A stretch of 64,000 nt of DNA, taken from assembly GCA_964388715.1 (NCBI GenBank), contig CAYMBN010000007.1, positions 1-64,000 on the forward strand, in the 5' to 3' direction. Under the pieces are notes generated by a model. That model did no database searches. It saw only the letters and a list, made by a program, of their open reading frames with translations, and was not told where the DNA came from. A program made the position numbers and the translations under genes. Shown here piece after piece: positions 22,801 to 32,400 of this stretch. Position 1 is the first letter of the stretch; each line of letters begins with the position of its first letter. Source of the stretch: an uncultured Methanosarcinales archaeon. Its GTDB lineage: Archaea > Nanobdellota > Nanobdellia > Woesearchaeales > CAYMBN01.

Positions 22801-23444
22801 TAGCAGAAGTAATGAATAAACCACAATCACTAGCAGATTTATTTGATATTACTCCAGAACAAGCTCAAAAAATTGCTGATAATTATCTTAATATTATGGC
22901 AGAAATAGAATTTTCTAAAGTAAACCCAAAATTAACATCAGAAGATTTGTTTAAGAAATCAGATGCAAGATCACAATCAGCACAATGGCAATCAATAAAA
23001 CAAGCAACAGGAGTAGGAGAACCAGGTGTTGTTAATACCCAAACAAAAACACCTGCTCAAAACATTATTGATTTAATCAAAAGCCATGTTGACTTTGAAG
23101 GTTCTGATATTAATATAGAGGATTATATTAGTGAAGTTACCAAATTACTCACAGGTTCTGATGACTTTGAAGCATTATCACAAGAACAACAAGAACAAGT
23201 GTACAGGGAAATGAAAAATTTAATTGAACGTTATTCCCAAGTTGCTGTTCAAGGAAATAATCTAGAAGTTGACACAACACAACAAGGCAAGGAAGATGCT
23301 ATAACATCAAAAGTACCATTCAAGATATCATTTAGCCAATTTAACAGAGGCTTATTTGACAAAGGGTTATGGGGTTTTGTTGACCACCTTTGTAATGTAC
23401 AATTTGAAGTATTAGGATATATGGAGGCAAACTGTGCAGGATGA
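16806..23444 (+). CDS. 2212-aa secreted coiled-coil protein with Gly-rich hydrophobic/amphipathic segments (candidate translocator or pore former)
   Basis: Signal peptide and Pro-rich N-terminus. Long Q/E/K heptad regions. Segment SVVMWGASGVIGGVTKLAGGALGKATAYL...VGATGLKLGGKVIKGVGYGY. ATGA overlaps at both ends. The function is an inference. Confidence 0.6.
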   Translation: MKNNNPLSRIIALIMIMLVISPNIIAWSDNMNDYLDELDLDSWVEDPPEIPETSTPQKPGLIKIPMMPPIPGMPIDIGIITVKPPQGKDDLPEWWFEVGNQKIGLPSVKRDESGRIVPQKINSKEELLQILNKPIPEKIEFPEQSLRYELQDSYTLKPTVNVKPLSEIILEEYFKQGYSEQLGMNFAQFYDQKVEEIEESEELSREEEVMTKYFYCFDSELTDEERSIISKILDEQPELMDEFYSTRMDHIREVATTDLEQQIKDGKITLELQDPSLSAELQKAAAETLFSTMTGMIGTTPIGSSFSAAIESTQKATEETDEEKTKQAIEDIKSNLNDITSALNQFNQKTQVNKDALNKFTNEHGNLMQLPGRLLASMSGMWGTQEVVTTRTADSVGLMVDDLITKVDNKMERNNEIIQRIDNLKEKLTQELLTEETIEEINNGINEIYEDFNDVYRGNSINQFQTQLQEQLTDQADALKTGVWNTKLITNAWSSTFNILGAGGAPVPTLEPSFLKEIEAKYSAENIETLTLAKTGGDIFETLKDIRTNDIEAYKFIATSSTRNDFINNKFNPYKVMTTFGGLGGMDIGAIGMSEAAEIGSGISNSIIKYSPSIGSVYSDVVTIMENVHNFDYEQLDPKSATKTFFDHFADLPNIQQQRLEIAEAKIQERDDIINNLKESELGEYTGDELESGKINFGKILDEYDNLMEWSRETDDELSRGIRENIAGEFYNRMDKILQDNLGISIQDIESIIQNRDQNFDIFGYNILPTTLTLIQTEIVENENLKVIDEMIYNNNLLGALVENTEGEQADNYALQLLERENLLEKNKWKIAVQNQKKSEIQNFLTAKEIERDLGGPGFAQIADKKDYEELQYKYDQQQRSLPDLQMEQEANNARISQIEQEIIDLKQGQGDPHKRGLEILQKQELLKEEQEKRVVINALVQDKTKIEEIELKIQQGTASDEEQAMLRTMKNEQGNALNRWQAVNVMQMEMYERQVQDHQAEILGMQLEDIGKDITSTLQSGDLSGETGVYSIEGLKTKEEAEQAQAAAFANKLAYARNLKGMVDGGVMRYIGVNVESDGSLKGVGGFKSLFTGDGRSWAQFVNLNGLSSQGDMSAWKAGKAIFGNTREYNQEYFEASREFGQELVALETVAELLKTGITMNEIENMNEQGFRKAMSEKMGEVNNEALQIMWQDVQKARNSDIFQSSTLFENDDGTYTVLELPTDINPLNEQADKLTDHWLGSLLAPNIKTSVVMWGASGVIGGVTKLAGGALGKATAYLSNKAVSKSAHWLTKLVSKVGATGLKLGGKVIKGVGYGYEMTNKVGESLNKFLTAKLIGKTVKTTGQKIIKIGINILEHEVSELFLEEALLGPAYGVIGEELSGTKGIGGHEWGDAVETLYGGRAGGLNINTNNYFTSQGQIMNYQTIQGDVMSFVNEMNNYYKQKGMDTIEVVNTHDTTFGVEAVEVRLQSGQKMTIASQGSAYDAGITNNRMSTSNIGVDINGNTIAIVNVNNNANLNEILTSLQNNPNVDSSAIKTQTNILGGITAIEFQDGATTKVIKTEVATLDHYTDAAGSQVEIKQTTTLEDAVHDAVEEIISDEDISQEQRKRYWGILTTDAAEFVNVPAFFKQFTPEQIKQEIADDILSTLKHEPPTVAFAKLQEYGLMDAQLNAKTTNPIIQDYVKKVKPTVQTFEQKRKNLMEKLRTQRTKLESSIEQTIDQLKEKLATTQDNHEKGMLQSAINALQAQVHGLQELSLETQVANLLRKMATTNDDAEFNELQDLLQKKQGILDQKRIDKINKLADALVQQSIALAQQQTLENIDKLAEDMRQTAREKAEDLTKVESVIIQARLNFLLRAGRYSDIQNMAEDAKITQEGKDYLEKTNILDAYAALANVLEGNTDIKTLNNLIQTLQAQRVKVIDQDFLEFGYDYGYDINQLIGMIETAKTNIRTKRGDMVIQNKIDTIRDAEGTFKSTDDLVALGVVNEMIRIGYSYSDIAEVMNKPQSLADLFDITPEQAQKIADNYLNIMAEIEFSKVNPKLTSEDLFKKSDARSQSAQWQSIKQATGVGEPGVVNTQTKTPAQNIIDLIKSHVDFEGSDINIEDYISEVTKLLTGSDDFEALSQEQQEQVYREMKNLIERYSQVAVQGNNLEVDTTQQGKEDAITSKVPFKISFSQFNRGLFDKGLWGFVDHLCNVQFEVLGYMEANCAG

Positions 23445-26400
23445 GACAAATAAGTAAAAAACTAATAGCTGTATTAATGATTTTATGTATTTTATCTCCT
23501 AGCATTCTTGCACAAAAAGTCAAATTAAAATGTGGAAACTCAGTGCCATTTATCAGACAAACAGTTGAAGAACAAGCACAAGAACAAGATATTATAGGAT
23601 TAGATAACCATCTTATGCAAGAAATTGCACATATGCTTGATAGTGGTGCAACTCGTGAAGAAGTCCTAGACACTTTAATAGACCTAGGAATCCAAAGTGA
23701 ACAAGCTCAAAATTTACTTGAAAATTTAAGAGGTATGCAACATCAAGTTGTTCAAGACAGTGCAAAAAAAATTGCAACAGAAAAAGGAACAAAAATAACA
23801 CAATCACAAATTGATGATGTATTTAACCTAGCTCAATATGATACAAACATTGCAGATCTATTAAGTTCTGATAACCCTAGTGTAGCTGAACATCTGGAAA
23901 AAATGGCAAGATTATCTTTAAAACCAGAATATGTTAAACAATATGCTGAAGAACAAGCAAAATGGCTTAAAGATTATAAAGAGAACGGTTATAGAGATTT
24001 TAGAAAAAAACTTATTAAAGCAAAAACTGAAAGCCAAGATAAAAAACATTCTGCTGTATCTGAATTTTTTATGAAAAAAGGCTGGACATTAGAAGCATTT
24101 GTTCTTGTAGCTATTCAATCAGGTGCAAGAGGAATTGAGATAAGTGCAAATGATGGTGTTTTCTTTAGAAATGACGATGGAGTAATTATTGAATTCTTAC
24201 CAAACAAAGTTGATTATAACCATGAATATACTAAAAATAGATTAAGTGCAATAAGAGAAGCTATTAGTGGTGTTTTTGGAGACACTGGTTTTGAAATCAC
24301 TATACATGATAATGTGTTAGCTCCTGAAAAAGGTGGTGAGGAAAGTATCAAATTAGCACACAAGATAAGTGCAAGAAGTGTATTATTCCATGTAGAGATT
24401 AGAGAAGGTTATTATAATAAATATGGTGCAGAAAGTGTAGCTGAAGTCCCTGCTAAAATGGCTGAACTAGTTGTTAAGAACGCAGTTAGAAATAGTGAAT
24501 CTACTCATAAGGTCATTATAACATTTGAAAACAATCCAGGCTTAACAGCTGCTGAACAAATTAGAATTTTAAACGAAATAAAAAGAATAGCAGAACTAGA
24601 ACTTCAACAAAGGGGTTGGGATGCAAATAAAATAAATCAAAATTTACTAATTGAAACAACAACTGACCTTTCTCATTATGAAGTTCAAGATACTAATGAA
24701 GATGCTTTATCACAATTACTTTATCTATTAGAAAACACAGGTGATATCAAAATAGGAGAAATGCATTTAGCAAACCTTGATGGTCCTGGAATCAAAGAAC
24801 AACCTTTCTCTTTTTCAGATGATGACCACAAGAGAATAAGTGATCCATTAGGAGTAATTGATAATAAAGTTGCTGTTGCAATGGTAAAAGCAAAAGCAAT
24901 TGACAGAATAAAACAAAGAATTGGTATAGATATCAATACACCACTTACACCTCAACAAAAACAAGCTGTTGAAAACGCTTTAAGACAAGAAGGATTAACA
25001 CATTTACTTATTGAAGAAGATCATGAAACAAATCAAGCAGATATAGACACTGTTAATTATAAGAATTATGAAACAGAAGGATTTGAAGTAATAAGAGCAA
25101 GAGGAGAACAAATATTAAAACAAAACCCAGACCCATTAATTGATTCCAATGATAGAATGCTCCAATTCATGGCAGGAGTCCATGGAAATCAAGAAAGTGT
25201 TATTGATTATATAACAAAAAAACAAATTGCAGAAATCATTGCCCAACACAAAGGAAAAGGTAAAGTTACAGAATTAATCACACCAGAATTACTTAAACTA
25301 CCTATTGAACTTAGAAAAAAAGCAATTAAAAAACTTGGAGATATTCTTGAAAGAATCAATAATCATTTTGAAGAAAGACAATTTACTTTAGCTAACCAAG
25401 CAGATTTCCTAAGATTACTTGAAGATGAAATAATAAACCTTAAACTAGGATTTATACAAGAAGAAGTTGAATTTAATCAAGGAGATTATCTACAACTTAC
25501 TTCTTCAGAAGAAATTGAATCTGCTTATAAAAACGGTTATATGCTTGTCAGTAGAGGAGAAAATGGTGTAATAACATTTGTAAGAGCACAAAGTAGTAGT
25601 GATGACATTAGCAGGTTTGGTAAAAAAACATCAGATCCTGTTTTAATAAGAATCAACCCACAATATGTTCAACAACAAACAAGCGAATTAACTATTACAA
25701 AAAATATACCAAAACAACTTATTGAATTCTTTGACATGAAAGATAAAACATGGAAACCAATCAGCGAGATGTATGGAAAAAGAGACTTTGCAGGAATTGA
25801 ACAAGATTTCAAAGATAAGAAAATAAAACAAAGGTATGATGAAGTCGCTGAAAAAAGTGATTATAAAGAAGAAATGGAAGCAATTAAAGGAGAACTAACT
25901 GATCGAGAGCTAGAAGAAGGTCAAGCAATGAAAGAAGCATTGTTTATTGAAGCAAGATTATCAAGTTTATCTCCTAGTCAAAAAAAGAATTTTAACAAAC
26001 ATTACAGAGATGCATTGTATAGTGCACATAGTAAAGCAAGCGCAATTTTATACGCCATCAAAAAAGCTGATCCTTTAACTTCAAATGAAAAACAATATGA
26101 TTTTGTTAACAGATTCATTGACAAGATCAAACAACAAAAAAATGATAGAATCAAAGCAATTAAAGAAATGGATCTATTTGATCTATTTGGAGAATATTCC
26201 CTATTATCAGAAGAAAAACAAAAAATTGTAGACAAACTAATCCAAGCACAAGGAGTTGATCTTGAAGATACAACAGGAAAAGCATATGAAAAAGCATTAG
26301 GAAAAGCACTACAGTTATACACAATGTTCAGATACTTATCATCTAACCAAAAGAAATTCTTTAACCAAGTACTCCCAATGTATCATTCTAATACAAACCT

Positions 26401-29400
26401 TTTTATTGCATTTGTAAATACACTTAAAGAAGCAATAAATGCTAATTTTGCCGACGAAAATGAAATATTAGACCAAATCTTCAACCTACTCCAACCAGAA
26501 AGAAAAAAAGGAGATGTAATTGATAATTTAGAAAAATTAAACAAAGCTATACAAGAATATTATAATAAGGACTATGTAGCTGGTGGCGGTTTTGTAGAAT
26601 CACCACATAGTAAAGGAGATTATGATAAACATCTTGTTAAATTACATGTTAGCATGGATGCTCGAACCAACCCACATGTAATATTAAAAATTATACAAGC
26701 ATTAGAACGAAAAGGAGCCAAGTTTAAATTTGTTAATCCAAAAGATCTAGCATTTAAAATGGCTGGTTATACTGATGAACAGATCCAACAATTAAAAAAG
26801 ACTAAGAATCCATTTGAAGAAATTCCTGTTAGAGACGAAACACAAATTCAAAATAATAACTTAATAGATGGGTTTAATGTAATAAAAATGTTCACAATCT
26901 ATCCATCTGATGCAAAAACAGCATTAGAAATAGCAGAAACAATAGCCCAAATCCTTGATAATATTGGTATGTTTGATAACAATGCAAAAATAGCTAAATC
27001 AGACACAAGACTTCTTGGTCCTATAAGTGTAAGATCAGATATCCTAAAAAGAGAGTATCAACCAGGTGAATCAATTAGAATACCTAGTAAAAAACAATTA
27101 GAAGAATTCTTTGATTGGTTTGATCAATTTAAAGAACAACAAACAATGCCTGCACCATTATTAATGGGACACCAACAAGTAAGACAAAAAGCAGAAGAAC
27201 TTGGAATAGATACTGACCCAGTTGTACTTAGAATGTTACTTGATGATTCCTTTGATATAGAAACATATGATAATTTTTACAATGAAATTGCAAAAAAATA
27301 TCCACAAATTCTCAAAGGAAAAGAAATTGGAATTTGGAATAATAATAGGATGGAAATATGGAGAATTATTGATGTTTTAGACAATGGTGAAACATTTAAA
27401 CTAAGCCAAGAACCTTTCCTAACCCAAACATTAACAAAACAAGACTTATTAGACGCAATACAAAGAGCTGAATTTGAAAAACAAAAACCAAAACAAGGAG
27501 AAACCATCCAAACATGGGATCAAAACACAAGAAAAATTGAAGATTGGAAAGTAATCAAACTAGAAGATGACAAAATTATACTTCAAAATATAAACAATCA
27601 ACAATTAATTGTATCAATGTCTTATCCAGAACTAATACAAGGCATGGAAAAAGCAGAAGAAATGAAAACAAGAGTATATTTTGAACAAGGCTTTGCAAAA
27701 ATTGGATTAACTCCACAATTAGCAGCCTCAACCCATATTATATTTTCAACTCATAAAAGTAAAGAATTTATTGAAGAAAAGATTAATCAAGGTGGACAAA
27801 ATGCAAAATATGGTGCTCAATTTGCTTCAAATAAATTCTTTGATGTGGCATTAAGAGATGCTATAGTTGAATTACTTGAAAATCAAGAATTAGATGAAGA
27901 TGAAATAAAAAGATTAAACGAAGTCCTAAGTAAATTAGATGATGAATTAACAATGTTAACAAAATTACTTTCAGATTATGTTTCTGAATCAACCTTATTA
28001 GCTCCTGATGCAAAAGGAGGAGAAGGAGCAGTACATCAATTAGACAACTTAGAACAAGCATTTAAACAAAAAATACAAACCTTAACAGGAGTTCCAGTAG
28101 AAGATCTTGCAGTCAAAGTAATGGATTATGGTTCAGATACTCGTTTATATGATCAACGAGAACCAGGTGAAAAATTAATTCTTGAAAGAAATGTCCACAG
28201 TAATAATATTGTGGAAGTATATGCACTTGCTCAAATGCCTGACATAAAAACAAGAGTTGTTTTAATGGAAAAAGTTAAAGGACCTACATTAGAACAAATT
28301 ATCAAAAAAACAAAACCAGGAGAAAAAGTAATTATTGATGGTAAAGAATTAACATTAACAGAACTTGTAAGACAAGTTCATGAACAAATTGGTGTAAACG
28401 CTCTTGAAACTATTTTTGAACAAAAATTAATTTACCCTGACATGAAACCAGCTAATATAATGATAGAAATTGAAGATGGTAAAATAGTTGCTAAATTAAT
28501 TGACTTAACTGCAATGTTAGACATATCTCAAGGAAAAGTAGGCCCACCTTATATGTTTGATCCTTATTATCAATCACCACAACAAGCTAGGTCAGATACA
28601 ATTGATCAAAGATCACAAGTATTTTCATTAGCTGCTAGCTTATATGAATCCTTAACAGGTCAAAGAATGTCATCAGAAATAATAAAAATAAAAAGAGGCG
28701 TTGACATCACACAATTAAGAGCAAAACTAAATAGAATTAAAGCAAGAAAAAATGAATTAGATCAAAAATTAAAAGCAGGACAAGCACTAACACCTGAAGA
28801 AATAAAAGAACTACAGGAAACATCCAAAGAAAGAAATGAAATAAGAATGTTCTTAATAAAAACATTTCGAGAAGTTACAAAAGATTTAGCATTTAGTGAC
28901 ATTGAACAAATAATAAACAGTAAAAAACAAGGAATGTCTCAAGAGGATCAAGAATTATTAGATATAATCAAAGATTTATTTGCCTTTGGAGGAATATACC
29001 AAGGAACAATAGAAGAAAAAGTTGCCGTCCTAGAACAAGAAGGAAGAATTCAAATTGATAGAAACACAGCATTAACAGAAATTGAAGATATGATTGAAGC
29101 TCGTACTGAAGTTAATGATGATATTGTAGATGAAAAAACCTTGCTAGCTAATGAAGAAGCTATAGAAGCAAGTGTAGAACAAACATATAAAGAAAAAGGA
29201 ATACAACATAATGTACAAGATACAAGAAGTAAAACCAATTGTGGCTCTTCTAGTATAGGTTGTGGCTTAGGAAACAAACCAAAAATACCAAGAAGAACCC
29301 AAAGACAAGCTGCAATAACTGCAGCCGAAGAAACAAAAGATGTCACTCCAATACAAGTTGAAGATTCACTTAAAATTAGAAGATATATAGATGACTTAGG

Positions 29401-32400
29401 CCCAATAGATGCATTATTAGAAGAAGTTTTCCCTAGAAAAGTTAAATTATATATTCCTGTTTTAGTAGAAGATTTCCCAGACATCAGAACCACTACTAGA
29501 GTTAATGGAAGAATAAAATACTCAACAACAGGTTTACTTGAATATCCTACAGAAAACGTTGGTAAACACGTTGGCCAAGATTATAAAGATATTGATGAAG
29601 CAAGACAAGATGCAATAGGAAAAGTAAAAACCAAAGATACTGATAAGATAAAAGAAGAATTAGCAGACATGATTGCTTATAGAAAAGCAGTAGAACAAAA
29701 CTTTATGATTGCCTTTTCTTCTGAAAAAGCTGCTAAAAAATACTTATTAGAAAATCATCAACAAAAAGATGAAAATGGAAATATTAAAAGAGTCTTAGGA
29801 TATTTAATAGAAGTTGAAGTTAAAAGAAAAGATGTAATAATTGGATCATACTCTGCTAATGGAAAAAGAAAAAAGAACTTATTTATCCCAGGAGGAATAA
29901 AACAAAGTGAAGCACACGGAGAACTAGCTGGTGTAAGAAGACCTAAAAAACCCAAAATTGATCAACATACTAAAGTCACTGAAAGCGTAAAAAATATCTT
30001 AAAAAATATGTATGGTATTGCAAGAGGCACTAGTGTTGGCAAATTAGAAGATGCTATAAAAGCATTAAAAGATTTAAAAAAACTAACAAAAGATGAAGTA
30101 TTAATCCAAACTATCAATGATAATATTGAAAACATCAAAATAATAAACCTAATTGCACACAATTACAAAGAAAGAGGATATTTAATTGAAAAACTTGTTG
30201 GTAAAGATGTACTTAAACCAGATGGAAAACTTGAAATCATAAGAAGAAGGTTTGGTTCAAAAGTTACTGAAAATTTATTAATAGTTTTACAAAGAAATGT
30301 AAACAAATGGGAAATTACTCTTAGTGACCTGATTAAGTTAGTTGATGAAATGCAACTAAACATGAAATACAAAGAAGGTGCAACTGATGTTGAGATAGAA
30401 AATCAAATTGAATACTATCTTGATTATATAGTTATCAAAGAAATTCCAATGATAGAAGACGTAAAAAATAATGATTTACAGGTTAGTAAATTCTTAATAG
30501 AAAGAGGCGTTCCTCTTCATACACTTGGAATCTATGAAAGAAAGGAATTAATTAAATACATCCAAACAATTGGAATAGATAGAAAATTAGCTGAACATGT
30601 TAATCAAGTTAGAAGAATGATTCGTAGAGTTGTAAGATTCTTAAAACAAGGCAATTATGAAAAATATGGCCATCTTGATGAAAGAGCACTTGATAGAGCA
30701 GTAATAATATTAGAAACAGATGATTTAACATTTATACCTAATGAACTAACTGAAGTAATTACACAAGGAAGACAAAGATGGAGTTCTAATATAATTACAG
30801 AACTTTCAAGAACAATAAGAGAAAGACAAGGTCAACAAAACTTTGATTTTGGTGTGAGAAAACATACCATAGCAAATGAAATATTAAACATTATCAATGC
30901 AGAAGTTGCTATTGCTTCACAAAAAGCAATATCTGATCTTGACGCAATTCAATCAATCGCAAACAGAGTAGCAAGCAAAACAACTGAGGAATTACAAAAA
31001 ATAGGATTAACACCTGAATTATTAAGAGATTCACTAAATGCAATTAGAGAACTGTACAATAAACAAGAAGATGAAAAAGCATACATAGAAGAAAATGCAC
31101 CAAAAGAAGCATATAAATTATTCAACAATCCAGACATAAACAATGAAGTTAAAATCAAACATCTTGAAAAATTATTGGCAATGGTAGAAGAACCTGCAAC
31201 TAAAAGATATATTGACGCATTAGTCAAAAATCTAAAATTAATCCAAGGTGTTGAAAAAAACCAAAAACAAGAAATGAAAGATGAAATGGAATGTAATAGT
31301 CCATGTAAAAGGGGAAGTGGCTACATAATAAAAACTTTAAAAGACAAATTTGGACAAGAAAAAGGTGAAAAAATATTCAAAATTGCCATGAAAGTTCTCA
31401 GAGCACATGGTAAAGGTTACTTATCTGTAGCAGAGATGCTAGAATTATTCAGAAAAAGAATCCCTAATGATGAATTCATAGGAGAATTAACAACAGATTA
31501 TGCAATACAAACAGCTATTGAAAATCATATAGAAAGAATCCTATTACCAAACATGGACATATCTAGAAACATGAATGTAGAATATGATCTATCAAAAAGA
31601 TATTCCACTAGTTTAATAACTCAAGGTTACAAAGTACCATTAACACAAGTTACTGCAAAAAAACTATCTCAAAAATATTATGACAGGTATGGAGTTGAAC
31701 TCAAAAGAATTTGGTACAGAGGAGTAGCAGAAGATAGTAGCTGGTCTGTTCCAGAAGAAAATGGAAGGATCCGTAAATCAACATCAGATGCAATCCGTTC
31801 TCCTGAAGCAGCACTTGGTTATCCTTACCATCTTGGAGCACATCAATCACAAGCATTATTAATAATTGACTTAGACAAAATACCTCAAGAAAATATAAGA
31901 GCAGTAGATAATGATCCAAGATTAGGACCTAACCATATAAGAATTGACGCAGAATTACCAAAAGGATCATATTACACTGTAAAAGCATCTGATCTATTTT
32001 ACAAAAAAGGAGAAAGAATCCAAGGTGTTACTTTAAATTTTGATGAAAAATTAGGACAAGGATTACACCATTTATTATACAGCGACAGTGAATTCAATGA
32101 AGAAGAAATGAAGAAAAAAACAATCCCTGAAACAATGCGTGATGATCTAGAATTAAGAGGATGGATGGAATATGATTATGATATTGAAGAAGACATTATA
32201 TATGTTTTGCATGATGGAAAAAAATATGGATTTTATGGTTTCATAGATGGTGGTGTTCAATACTGGTATAAATTTGAACATGGAAAATTTATTGATGCCA
32301 TCTTAATAGAAGATAAAAAAGACACAGAATTCCTAGAACAATTATTTGAAGAAAGACCTTTAACATCACAAGCACAACTAGCTCTTGCCAAAAGAAACAT

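Noticed and set aside
16806..23444. Prophage tape-measure protein
   Set aside because: It carries a signal peptide, and no capsid, terminase, portal or integrase genes occur in the window.
26580..28665. Class III/IV lanthipeptide biosynthetic cluster
   Set aside because: No cyclase domain, precursor peptide or transporter is present, and the domains sit inside an exported giant protein.
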